From Gekko japonicus (Eukaryota), in NCBI RefSeq assembly GCF_001447785.1, contig NW_015172563.1, positions 800,150 through 864,149 of the forward strand: a DNA stretch of 64,000 bases, read 5' to 3'. Each line of letters opens with the position of its first letter. Position 1 is the stretch's first letter. Shown here piece after piece: positions 12,271 to 25,100 of this stretch. The notes under the pieces are model-generated. The model made no database searches. It saw only the letters and a program-made list of their open reading frames with translations, and was not told the DNA's origin. The position numbers and the translations under genes are program-made.

Positions 12271-15200
12271 CTCAGATGATCCTAAGGATCTTTTTTCAGA
12301 AGATATAAGTGAAGCCTTTATTGATTTCAGTCAAGTGTGCTCAGGTCACAGTTTTTGTAGCAACAAGCTCAGTCATGTGAGTATGTTCTGGATGTGTGAA
12401 GGCTGCCCACCCACGTAATGCTTAGAAATACAACTTGAAGTTTAGGTTTTGCTTTTAGTATGACAAGAGAGAACCTCTCTATACAGTTCTGACTTTACGA
12501 CTTTTAATTGCAGATGATACCAGCTTAACACCTGTTTTACACTGGCAAATCCATTCTAATTTATTCTTTCTCTTCACCTTCTCACAAGCACAACCTTTCA
12601 GTCTGGCACATGAGTAAGTTTCCAAATGCCAGCATACCTGTTGTTTGCAGAGTACTCATGTTACCTGTTAGTGGAACAGCTGCTGTGTGACAAAGGTTGA
12701 TCTCATGTGTTGTTCAGTTTATGTTTAAGAGTAAATTCTTCCCATGGATGACTGCAGTTTGGTCTGCTTTCTTGAGTCATGAAACAAGTTTAGATGGCTA
12801 CTCTTCTATACGTAAAGTCTTAATAAATGTATTATTACCTCAGCACTGTTTCATTTGATTTTTGTTCATTGTTAAAAAGACAGTGATAGTTTATCACAAA
12901 GACGCCTGACAGAGGTCAGTTTTGTAAGATTGCAATAATACTTACTTGGGGAGTAACTCCACTGAACTCAGTGGAATCTATTTACAAGTAAACATGCATG
13001 GCCTAGAGCTAAATCATGCCAAACTTCAGGTTTTGGTGAGTCTTGCCATGATGCAAGATGAAGTATTTTGGTTGAAATTCCTTTAGGGGGAAAAAAGTGA
13101 ACTAAGGGTTAAATAAAGGAGGCCTTTGGAGGAAGCTTTGAAGAAAAGCCATAAACCACAGGTGCAGGCTACATCCCATGGAAGTCACAAACGGTTTCTC
13201 TCCTTTGCACTCCAGATTTACAACACAAACCACCTTTTCCAGGCAACTTCATTTTATGTGTTATTTCTTGATTGATTGATTGATTTGACTATCCTGCTGG
13301 CTCAGGGCAGTAAACAATAAATTTTAAAACAAATATGATCTTACTAAAATTATATGTAAGTGTAATTAAGCAGCTAGAAATACAACCTCCTTTTCAGAAT
13401 GGTTCTCCAAAGCAGAATGGTTTTCCAAAGCAGCGGACAATAACCACAAAATAATTTGAAGTAGATCACAATCTAAAGCACAGGAAAACAGCTAAGCCAA
13501 AAAATTCATGTGATCAGAAAATATTTGCAACACTAGAAACAGAGGGTGAAAGCTACCTTTTGATTCGACAGGGAGCTAAATAACAGTCCATGGCAGGGCA
13601 TTATAGAGCTCTGGAGTAGTAATAGAAAAACCCACACTTGCAGAGGCTGAGGTAAATTGATAATTGAAGCAGGTACTTTCCTCTTCTGAAAGCCATTACA
13701 GGTGACAGAACTTGGTGCGTAGATAGCTTCCTGCTTCAGAACTGGCTGTTGAACTAATAAACTGAAGCAAACCTTAGAAGGCCAGGAGGAGGACTAACTA
13801 GAGCTAGTTTTCACAGATCGCAGCATAGTTTAAGAGAGGCACAGAGTTCTTGGCACTGCTGTCATCATATTTAAATCAGGTCTGAGTCTTTCTCATACAC
13901 CTGGTCGCCTGTATTTCAAGTCAATTGGGCAGAAATTTTAATCTGTTTAAAGAACTGATATAGGAAACATTAGGCTTTTAAGTATATGTTAAACTAACCA
14001 GTTGAGTAGCCCAGTTAATGGATCAGATATCTGTTCTAAAAAGAACTCTGTTTTCTTCTTTGAAGTTTTGCCTCCTGAAGAAAATTAGATGTTAGACTTC
14101 AAAGGAAAGTATACGGAGTTCCTTTCTGTAGTTGTATTGCCAAGGTTCTCCAACAGTTGGGTGTTAAACAATTCAAACTTATGTAGTTACTCTAATCTAA
14201 AACCTTTGAAATCAGTGGCATTAGACTAGAGTAACTCAGCATAGGATTACATTTTAAGAAGCCTAAATGGGGGGGGGGGAGGATAAAAAGAAGCCAATTT
14301 ATCAACTTAACATATTATTTATTTATTTATACCTCACATTTATACCCTGCCGTTTTTCATGGTTCAAGGTGGCTTACAATAATCGTAAAAAAACATTTCC
14401 TGTTAAAACCAGAACAATTTTTTTAAAACCCAATCCCATTATGTTATATTGTTAATATAAAACAACAACAACCCTGTTTAGAGTGGGTTTGAGAAGCCAG
14501 CCCTGGCTTCAGTGCAACTTTGTCACATTATTGGATCAGTCGATGGAATCAAACTAGGGTCGAAATGACAAAGGTGTGTGTCTCTCCTGCAACTATTTTG
14601 GTTATGCTTAAAAGCATACATACATACTTCAGCAATTTTTGCACTGATTGTACATGAAGGATGAAAGGGGGGGGAAACGGGGAGCAACCAGGACTGTAGA
14701 CAACTGAATAATCCTTCTGTTTATTATATTTTAGGCAGTATTTGTCCCCCCCCCCCAATACTTCCTGAAAACTAAGGAAATGCTTGGCAATTCACGCCCC
14801 TTGAAGCCTTGTGTATGCACAGAGTACTTGTCAATGTTTCCATTAACTTCAGAGGAAACTAGGGAGCTGCATAAATGCATCCTCTGATACACATGGAACT
14901 GCACCCCCCCCCCCCCCCCCCCCCCCCCCAATTCACTGCTCTCCAGCAATGTATGCAATTGCATTAGGGTCCCACTGTCCATGAGAGAATGTGACAATAT
15001 TGATAACTGTTTCTTAGGAACGCCTTGAAAGACTAAGCATGTTTCTCTGTGGAGACGTGCAACTGTTAAATATCTTGCCTGGAAAGTAATGGCAAACTCA
15101 GCCAACACAAAATCCTTCCAATAGACCTAATATGTTGCCCTGTCACAGGATTTCCCCATCAAATTATTTCCCATTCCCAAAGGGCAATGTCATGAATCAA

Positions 15201-15502
15201 TTTTGAGGGATTTATATACTTTCCTATTTGATTGCGATAAACTGTCACCAGTAAGATATTTATTAGCAAAAAGCAGAAAATGGCTACAATACAGCAAGCC
15301 CATTTATCTGTGTGCACAGCCTTCTTGTTTTGAATCTTGCTTTGCAAGACTTGGTAGTCTATAGTATATTGTGCAGAGTGTTTTCGGGACTGCTGTGCCA
15401 AAACAAGCAGAGAAAATAGAGCGGTGCTCAAAATCCAAGGTAGACGCTGATTGCGCTTTATGTATTGATCAGATTTCTAAAGAATCAAAACAGTGCCAGT
15501 AG

Positions 15503-15572
15503 CCACAAGGACCTGAAGGAGGTCCAGCTGTGATGAAAGGAGCTTACTTAACTGACAAATGGAAAGAACAAG
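15503..15572 (+). pseudogene. ARG1: Arginase-1 pseudo-exon 2
   Basis: After TAG, reads PQG-PEGGPAVMKGAYLTDKWKEQ(G), versus recalled human exon 2 [24 protein letters not shown](E). Same phase-1 end; the donor position reads GAAACT instead of GT. Confidence 0.7.
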
Positions 15573-16559
15573 GAAACTTTTCCAATGAAAAATACACCAG
15601 ATAATTGTAGTAATGTTATATCTAGGGCTGTAAACACACCCTAGGAAATGCGTCCAGGTTTCTTTTCACAAAAGGGATAAAGGAACCTGATCATCACATG
15701 GGAGTTTAACTTTTATTATCCAACATATAGATATTTGAAGTCAGCTGATTTCATTCCACAGAATATGGAAATGATCAAAAGATCAACTTCTACTCTAAAA
15801 GAGAGAAATGTTGGGTTGCCATAAAAACATGTTGTTAAAGATGAAAAGTTGTAAAAGAGTTATCCCATGCAGTGGCCATTTTGTTCTGACCCCAGTATAT
15901 GGGCAGATGAGGGTATGCCTTGCTGTATTCTCTTTGATTATGAGGTTAGTTAATGCCTGGATTTGGAGTCTAAACTTTTTGGGGGGCAATTAAAAAGGCT
16001 AAAAACTGACAGTTCAGAAACAAAAAAAGAGAAGAGGATATTGTTCATTTCTTTTGTTATTAATTATAAGTATTATGACAATAGGATAAATTATCATTAT
16101 TTATGTAAAAACAAAGCAAGTCCCCCATCTTAACAGCCTATAACAAAAAAGCCATATTTTCTGTCATTTTGTTTTGTTTTCTTTCATTATTGCAACCTCT
16201 GCCCCTACTGGTTTCACTTTTACAAGGCAGCCTGCATTACTTCTAATAAAAGGCCTAGTAAGAATGGTGTTTCTTAGGAAGAGAAGTGCTGGGCTTTTCT
16301 AGTTGTTTGCAAGCTGTAGCCACTAGGATTACATATATGTAAGAGGCATTCCAATCCTGAAGGATATAGGGTGGTACTTTGCCTTCCTGTCTCCTCCCAA
16401 TGCCTGCCCTGCTGTTACTGTTTGGAATCTCTATCAATTCTCTTCATGTTTCATTCTCTCAGAAAGGGGGGGGGAGGGGCTTCATGCTGTTTGTCTGAAA
16501 TTTGGCATTGTGGGTGTCGTTAGGGAATACCTTAATCCTCTTCCTGGGCAGGAAAGTTC

Positions 16560-17076
16560 TTGCCTCTATAGTACATGCCCTGGTAACATCTAGATTAGAT
16601 TACTGCAGTGCCCTCTCTGTGGGGCTACCCTCGAAGACTGTCTGAAAGCGACAGCCAGAGTGTTGACTGGAGTGGATTGTAGTCACCATGTCACTCCACT
16701 CCACTCTTATTCCATCTACAGTGATATTGACATTTTAAGCCCTATATGACTTGGGGCCAGCATACCTTAAGGTCCACCTTCTCCCACATGAACCTACCTA
16801 TCCCCTCTGGTTCTCTTTGGAGGCCCTGCTTCGGGTACCCCCTCCATCTGAGGCTAGACAGGTCACAACCTGAGAAAGAACTTTCTCGGTTATGGTGCCA
16901 AAACAATGGAACTCCCTCTATTGTTGTTTTCCACCAGTGGGTGAAGACTTATCTTTTGTTTGGCATACCTCCGATAACTGTTTGGCATACCTCCCTGTTT
17001 TGCATTTATATGTTTTTATTGAATTGTTTTGATGTTTGCCTCCTTATGGGCCCTATTTGAGTGAAAAGGTGGCATA
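16560..17076 (+). mobile_element. Degraded L2-like LINE fragment
   Basis: ctagattagattactgc (RLDYC-like) and a similar C-terminal region; copy A is inserted at its tail. Confidence 0.55.
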
Positions 17077-17089
17077 AAATGTTTTTATT

Positions 17090-18968
17090 TTATTTTAATT
17101 TTTTTTAAGCCCCCGGAGGGGATTTTTTATTAATTTTTTAAACACTACAAAAACTAGAACAGGAAAAAGGGAAAGGGAAAGCTACATATAAGGGAGAAAG
17201 TAAAGAACCCACAACTAACTAAAAACCCAAGAGAGGAGATCTCCAACTAGCTTTTTATACTTCATTCACTTTTCATCTTTGTACTTATGAACTGTGTCAA
17301 TCTTTTAACCCTTTTAACTATCCCCAGTTACATTTAATTGCCCAATAACAGTGCCCCCCATCATCCCCTAGAACCCAAGTTCTCAAAGGCACAATTCAGA
17401 GTCCTTCAGCCTTTACTTCTTCTTCTCTCTCTTCCGCAGTTTGTAGGAACTTTTGGGGGCTGATGCCCCCTGCTCAGACAAAGAGTCCTCACCAGACGAA
17501 CCAGTTTCCAGCTCTCCACCGGACTTATTGTCCTCTTTTTTTTCCTCTCGTCCTCTGGCCTTCCCAGCTGCTCCTTTAGAAACTCTTGAGCTTTAAGAAC
17601 AGAGTCAATCTTGACCTTCTTCTCTTTGATCTTGAATATTACGCCTTCTGGAAACAGCCATTTATATCCAATTGAGTTTGTTTGGAGGAAAAACACAAGT
17701 TCTTTGTATTTCTTTCTGCATTGTCTTACTTCAAATGGAATATCCTTTAGCGTTCTGACAGCATTCTCCCCCACCTTCAGGGGTGTCGCAGCAACTGCTT
17801 TCAGGATAGCATCCCTGACGTGCCTCTTCGAGAATCTTACTACAATTTCCCCAGGCAGATTATTTTTCTTTATGTATCCTGAATATGACCTGTAGGCCAC
17901 ATCCATGTCGTTGAGTAGCAAGTCCGCCTTTATATCTGCTACTGGGGCAAGTAGCTCACTCATAAGTTCTTTAAGATTCTCTCCTCTTTTCTCGGGCACC
18001 CCTTGGAAGCGCAGGACCATATTAGCCTTATCCATTTGCACTTGCAGCATCTGATCTTCCAAAGATACAGTTTTCTTTTCCAATTTTTGTACTTTTCCCC
18101 TCACTTTCTGCATTGTCTCAGCCATTTCCTTTACTTTCTCAGCATCCTGCTTCATTACTTACATACTTGAATCAAATCCGTTATTTGCGTTTGTTGAGCA
18201 GTAATGCTTGTTGTCACAACTTGCAGCTGCTTTTGTTGTGCAGTAATATTCGCTGTTACAACAGACATCTGTTCTTTAAAGACATTGAGCTGTTCCAGCA
18301 GAGGGCGCATGACCTCTGTCATCGCCTTCGTCGTCTCACTGGTCGTTTTGGGCTTCGGGAACTCTAGTTTCGCTTTTAAAAGTTTCTCTTTGTCTCTGTC
18401 CCTCTTCCCCGCCATTTTTCTCGTTTGTTTGCTTTCACAATAAATTTTAAAGTCTCTGAATATGCGCTTATCTGTATAGCTCGATGGGTGAGTACTTCTG
18501 GGCAATTTCGTGTTTATTCTTCCACTCCCTCCCCCTTTCACTCAATGATTTATGGGCATGGGAGGCCTCCCTCCCACTACTCGCTTCTGCCATTTTGCCG
18601 CTTCGGGTAAGGAGTGTCTTTTTGTTTAAAAATCAGTTCTCATTTGACTCACATTCATAGTTGGTCTTCCGACCCCTCTTCATTCATCATTTCAAACGCC
18701 TGATCTCCTGAGCTTGATCCGGCTAGCTTCACTTGTACCATCAGGTCTCTCAGCTGGATGGACCACTGGAGCAAGGGGGAGCCTCGATTCTCTGGCATTT
18801 GGCCAGAGAAGAGGCTACCCCCTCAAAGTTCCTTGGCCAGGTGCCCTTCTCCGGGCTCCTGGGGTGGTTACGAGCCTGCTCACCCCCTCCATCCGCCAGA
18901 GCACGGAGACACCCCCGGGAGGTCCGGGAGGTGAGTCCGTGAGCGTGCCGCCATCAACCAGAAGTTCT
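17090..18968 (-). mobile_element. ORF1-only L1-like retroposon (HAL1-like), copy A
   Basis: 13-bp TSD AAATGTTTTTATT (17077-17089 / 18969-18981); frameshifted ORF1 18415->17406 with L1 ORF1p RRM/CTD-like motifs (LRFQGVPE, KDIPFE, YKWLFPEG); AATAAA and A-tail; no ORF2. Confidence 0.85.
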
Positions 18969-19289
18969 AAATGTTTTTATTAACAGCATCAAAAACAACA
19001 AAACAGTCAATTTTGGAATTAGTAACAAAAATAAAAAACAGAGCAAATTTCCATGCACAAGTCGACTACTGTCTTGGTATTCAGTTTAAAATAGTGCTCT
19101 CCTACCATCCTTTCTCAATACTAATAAGAAAAGCCTCTAGTTTGATATCTCTTGGATAGGATAAAATAGAATGCTAATTTAGCATTTCCACATGATGTTT
19201 CATACTTTGCAATAACCAGGCATTGTCCTTTGTTTTGAATACTGTTCAGTGGCCCCTTTAAATTCAGTTACTGTTCTTTGCCTCTACAA

Positions 19290-19429
19290 GTTTAGTCTCA
19301 GCAGTGGATATAATGATCAACCCAGCTCGCGGTAAGACACCAGAACAAGTGAACACCACTATGAGCTCAGTTATGGCAATAATTCTGTCTTGTTTTGAAG
19401 CTTCATTTAGAGGATCCTCATTGTTCTAA
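19290..19429 (+). pseudogene. ARG1: Arginase-1 pseudo-exon 8 (last exon)
   Basis: LVSAVDIM-INPARGKTPEQVNTTMSSVMAIILSCFEASFRG versus recalled human [42 protein letters not shown] (about 20/42 identical). Acceptor reads CAA instead of CAG, the Glu277 codon is missing, and it is convergent with MED23 as in mammals. Confidence 0.85.
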
Positions 19430-19801
19430 TTGCCGCGTTTCATATTATCAAAGTAGACTCTGAATACATATCATGGTTTAAGCTCTAACATGTTTCTAGG
19501 AGTTCATTTTATGAACTGCTGGTTAAGTAGATAAGCTGCTAAGTAGGTAATTTTATGTTTACTACAGCCACCGTCTCTCATTTTGGTACAAATGTGGTGC
19601 AGAGCCATATGATCAATTTTTAAAAATACAAGTATAAATTTATATCCAAGGGTTTAGCTTGTGAATTCAAATGAACATTTGGATTCTGAAAAAAACTAAA
19701 CTTCAGGGCAGCATTTTGTCTTCCTCTTATATACCAGTGAATGGCCTGGACGCACTCTGTCTTACTAAACTCATGAAGCTAATAGATAAAATGAATGGTA
19801 T

Positions 19802-21053
19802 TGTTGTCCTACGAGGCCCCTATTATGCTTTTATGAACTCATAAGTTATGAAAAACCTGACCTGTGCTAGTTGTGTGCAAAAGGGACTGAACTATAAGGT
19901 CGCCATTCAGACAGCTCTTCTTCTGGCTAGCCTGGGCCAGCTGCGTCTTTCTTCTTCTATCTTCCTGTCTTCTTTGTTCTCGGGTCGCTTTGCAGCTCGC
20001 CTGAATCCGTCCTGCTGGAAGCAGGGCCGGCAAAGAACTGGATGGTCAGCATGGGGATAAGCCCCTCCCCGCCCGGATCAAAGCCTGAAGCCGACCCTGA
20101 AGGAAAGGGAGGAGCTTATCCCAGAAGTACAGAATGTACCACGACACAACCATTGGAGAACAGTGTGTCCATGGGCCCTGTATGTCACCATCCCTCTTAC
20201 TTGCAGTGAAATGAACCAGCTTCCTAGCCACACACACACACAGCATTGAAAAGCCAGGCTGTTGCCATGCCAGGCAAGAACATAGGGGACCCAGACTCCA
20301 TGAAGGATCCCCTTCCTGTGCACGTAATCAACATGTTTGTCCCCACCTAATACATCACCTAGTTGAAACCGCAGACACGAGACAACAAGAGAACAATGCC
20401 TCTGGCCAGCAGAAGACATAATCCCATCAGGATGCCATTGTTTAACTTAGTTTCCCATTAGATTCAACATTGACCAGCCCTGTGAACCTTGGACCCCAGC
20501 CCCAGTCAACATATTTGGCCAAGGCAGGTAGCCAACCTCCAGCCCACCCCTCAACCTCCCTATAAAAGAGCTGTGCAGCACCAGCTCTCTCTCTCTGCTC
20601 CCCCACCCAACCCCTTCGTACCTGAAGTGTCGGACTCTTGGTTGCGCAGCCAGAGTCTTACCGTGAGCCTGCCGGTTCAGGACATGGACCCTTCCCCCAG
20701 TTATGGATCCCTTAACCCTCTCCTTTTTCCTGAGACTCACTCCTTCCGACTACAGGACAGGTAGAGTATCACCCATCATCGAAATCTCCTGCTAATGCGA
20801 ATGTGTTCTTTGTATTCTATCTATATTTCCTAGATACTGTGTAATTGTGTGTGTGTAAGTGTTATTGTATGCCTGAAATAAAATTAGTAAACAAAATCAA
20901 TTTATACTGTCATCAGTCTCAGCGTCTATTTGGCGGGTCTGGAGAATTCTGCACCCCTGTATACATAGATTCTTGCCCCCGTATTTGCCTATTGCCTGAT
21001 TTAAGCTCATGACTCCCCAAATTAAATAACGATTCAAGGCAATTTGGCTAACA
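19802..21053 (+). mobile_element. Solo LTR related to the 3.2-kb LTR
   Basis: TGTT...AACA termini, 4-bp TSD GTAT, TATAAAAG at 20561, AATAAA at 20877; shared GCAATT(T/C)GGCTAACA end. Confidence 0.82.
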
Positions 21054-21100
21054 GTATTACCCTCAAATAATTTGGATGAACTATGCATAAATAAATAATT

Positions 21101-21106
21101 TTTATT
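21101..21106 (-). terminator. Candidate MED23 polyadenylation signal
   Basis: AATAAA on the minus strand ~900 nt past the stop, at the end of an AT-rich, repeat-free 3' UTR-like stretch. Confidence 0.55.
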
Positions 21107-22005
21107 AAACAATGTTATCAGTGCTACCATATATGAACAATATTTTACAAATCTTTACATTTTCATTAGATACCAAACAACATCTCATTAAAAAAAAGCC
21201 ACCAGACCAAAAAAAATAAAATGTGAAAAGTAGTACTACAAATCTAAATTAAAGTTCAGTTATTGCTAAAATTCAATAGCTGGGTAACAAATTGTAACAA
21301 CAGTAATAAAGGCCCCAGAAATAAAACTCTTAAATATATGTATTTTATACATAATTACACTTCAGAACTTGGAGGGGATATGAAAGAGGCCTGTTCATCC
21401 AGCAGATTTATTGTCCTTGATTTGCACAGCCAGTGTCTTTACTACCATGTACTGTCCTGGTCTTCAGGAAGGCTGTTGGAAAAGGTTACGGTCGGCATAA
21501 TCAAAATCTGACCCCGCAGGATTCCAAGTCTACCTTAAACCAGTTCCCAAAGATACTGCAACTAGTTGGATTTAAATCAGCCTGCTAGTCAATGGGATTT
21601 TAACATATTCTTGTTAAAATCTGAGGATCTCAGTCTTTGCAAAATGATGTCAGTGGAACAAGAAAAGTGCACATGTTGTTCGCAGTTTGTATTGTAAAGA
21701 TTTGCAAGATTAAAAGTGAACACTGCTGAACAATAGTACCATTGACAAGAAAAGTGAGGAACAAATAAGGAAAATAACTCCTGGCATTTTTTTTACAGCA
21801 GTCAGCTATTCAGATATCCACTGATTGAGTTCCTTTGATCAGACTAGTGGTAGAACATGCATATGCAGAAGTCAGCAAGGAACGCTGCAGTGGAATTTGT
21901 TCTGAATGCACTGTTGCTCTTCAAAATGGACTCACATTGGGTCAACTTTCATCTTGGATAACATCAGATTTCCTTGGCACAAGAGACACAAGTTGGAGCC
22001 TCATT

Positions 22006-22176
22006 TTACTGAGACACTGGCAAAGCAACATTAACCGGCACCTGATTAGGCTGAGGTGCTGGAGACACATTGCTTATAGGTTGCTGGGAAACAGAAGACG
22101 ATTCCATTTTGGTGATATGCATGAACCGTAGGCGAAGTTTCAAAGCGGGTCTCAAGTTGCAAATGATTTTCTCAAC
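22006..22176 (-). CDS. MED23: MED23 terminal coding exon (VEKIICNLRP...ALPVSQ*)
   Basis: AAG acceptor, TAA stop at 22006-22008. Confidence 0.95.
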   Translation of the reverse strand, partial: VEKIICNLRPALKLRLRFMHITKMESSSVSQQPISNVSPAPQPNQVPVNVALPVSQ

Positions 22177-25100
22177 CTTTAATATAAGCAGAGATTAAAA
22201 GGTTACAGAGCAAAATATAGATCATGCAAAGATTATTTGATAGCGAATATTACTAGTAGTTTAATTTTCATCCTGTTCTTTGTTGAAAGCTCTGGAAGAG
22301 CTACCAAAAGATTTTTTTTAAAAAAATACAGCAATATAATTTCATTGGCAATGTTTTGCTGAAAACATTTAGTCTGTTTTTCTGCATGATTTCTATACTT
22401 AAACGAAATAGAGAAAAAACCCTAAAAAATTCCAGCAAGACACCCCAATATATTCCAAAATCACCACCTGCTTCTATAAACCTCACATATGATGAAGTCT
22501 CTACCCTCTAGCTAGCTTCTTGTTCTCCCATCATTAACAACTTTTCCCTTTCAACCTTTAGAGTACTTTTGATAAGTGTATCAACATGGAATTCTGGTGA
22601 ATATTATTTAACTGAAAAGTCCTGAAGTTTAAGTTTCCCATGTTTCTGTGGCATCTCCAGACAACTTAGGGTCCTGCTGGAGCTGTCTGCTGCTTCTGTT
22701 CAACTTCGCTTGGGATCTGTAGCCCCAAATCAACTGTGAGCTGAAGGCATACATGGTAGAAACAGGTGAGAAAGACAGGTAGAGGGCAGCAGTCGATAAC
22801 TTTTCTCTCAGTGGTCCCTTTAAGAGGCAATCTACACATTGCTTGTCCCCTCCCACACCCTATGTCTTGTCAAGTGCTGAATGTTTCTCAAATGGCATAG
22901 TTTGGCTCCATATCTACCATGCTTAGGGTGCATTTTGGTGCTCATGGTAAGGAAGCAGGGACACAAAAATACATGGCCCAACCACAACCAAGCAGAATTA
23001 ATGTTAACTAGGGACAGGCTGAGCGCCGAAGAATAGATTCTTTTTAATTATGGTGGTGGAGAAGACTCTTGAGAGTCTCCTGGACTGCAATGAGATCAAA
23101 TCAGTCAATCCTAAAGGAAATCAACACTAACTGTTCCCTGGAAGGCCAGATACTGAAGCTGAAGCTCAAATACTTTAGCCACCAAATGAGAAGGGAGCAC
23201 TCACTGGAGAAGACCTTGATGCTGGGAAAAATTGAAGGTCAAAGAAGAAGAGGATGGCAAAGGATGAGATGGTTAGACAGTGTTATCGAGGCAACAAACA
23301 TGAAATTAAGCAAACAAAGGAATACAGGAGGGCCTGGCGTGATGTGGTCCATGGGGTCGCGAACAGTCGGACAACAACAACAGGGACAGTCCACCTAATT
23401 TCCAATTGTTTATCCACATCATGAAAAAGCTTACATGACTATTTAAGAATTTTTCCTTGAATGAAGAAGAGGTAAACAATTGGGGGGAGGGTCCTGAGCA
23501 ACCTGCCTGGGAGGATTATCTATTAGAGTCAATCCTAGCTCAACTGCCTGATTCCTAAACAAACCTCGGCACACAAAGGCACAACCAAAGTACAATTCAA
23601 AACTTGATTTAATTATTTGAATTGTGGGATGTTTTGCCACAGAAGCAGACTATGTTTTACTAAAGTGTAAGAAGAAAAATAAGAACTCGGGAGTCTTCAA
23701 GTTGATGTCTAATAATGTTAACAAAAGAACTGGTTTCTTTCAAGTGAGGTTTGTCATTCACTTACTTGGTCTTTCACACTGTCTCCAGTAAACATATATT
23801 TCACATGATAGAGAAAATCACATATGGGATCCATGTAGTTAAGATGAGTGTTGCACTGGTCTACCTCCAGGAGCATTTCGTAAAAAGCTACTCCAATCTA
23901 TTGTCACAAAAAAAATAAATGCAATTTAAACTGAAACAGCCAGGAAAATAATATTATGTATTCTAGTACCTTTCGAAAGCAAGAAATTGCAAGAAGATAA
24001 ATAGGTAACAGCGTTCTGTGCACCTTGGTATCTAGTCATGCCGGCCACATGACCACGGAAATGTCTTTGGACGGCGCTGCCTCTTTGGCTTGGAAACGGA
24101 GATGAGCACCGCATCCCTAGCAAAATTGCCTTACAAAGGAGTTTGTAAGCCGCTCTGAGTGAAGGGCAGGGTATAAATCTAATCTCTTCTCTTCTTCTTC
24201 AAGACCAAGTTTAAAGCTCGCTTTCTTTTGTTACGTACTGCATAAGCACAATTTTATGACCTCCAAAATATCCTAGACAGTTTATTTTAAAATTTGTTCA
24301 TTGTGCTTAAAGAGATAAGTTTGTGAATGCCAGCATTCAATGTGCTCTCATTTCTGCTTGGACTTGATTTTAAATTCTCAAAAGTGCTTTGCAAGCGTAC
24401 CAGAAAGTAAATTCAATTTTGTTAATACAAAAATGTGCCAGGAAAGGGACTGGGTGATCTTTTTACAAGAAACAATTTAGTGTTTTGATTAAGAGAAGCA
24501 ATTGAAACTCCAAACATTAACCACAAAAACAGCAAGGTTCTCATGAAGCTACTGAGCTATATAATACACGTATTCACATGACCTATGTTGATGGTATAGC
24601 CGCACTCAAAACTCACAGTGTTTAACTCCATTGTAAAAAGGCTGGAACAAGATAAGAAGCAAGAGTTCTGCTATTATTATCTCTATTAGCACTCCTACCT
24701 AGTCACTTTCATGATCTCGGAAGGGTTGCTAGGGGAGGTGGACATTTTAATCCCTTTCTTTCCATTCCTCTTCCACAATTTAAATTCTCCCCAAGCTACA
24801 ATGAGTTCTGTGCAAAGGAAAAGACTTTCCCCCTTCTACATAGCTAACTGCAGTTTGGAGGGTGAGTTAAATCACTGAAGGGGCATGGATAGAAAAGGTT
24901 ATACATTCAGGAAAAGGATACCAAATGCAGCTTTACTGGACCGATTCTGTTGGCAGGATAGGAAAACAAGTTTGCAGTTTGTTCACAACTCCTGTTTGGA
25001 CAGGAAGCATTCCACACAGTTCAAAGACTTGCTCTCCTTCCAATAAATAGCTGGGAGTTTTCTTGGAATAACCTACCTCTAACATACACCTTGTCCTCTC

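Noticed and set aside
14081-14130. cctcctgaag...aaaggaaa|gt and ggagttcctttc, resembling the ends of ARG1 exons 4 and 1
   Set aside because: Short, mutually inconsistent matches; the exon 4 reading is out of order.
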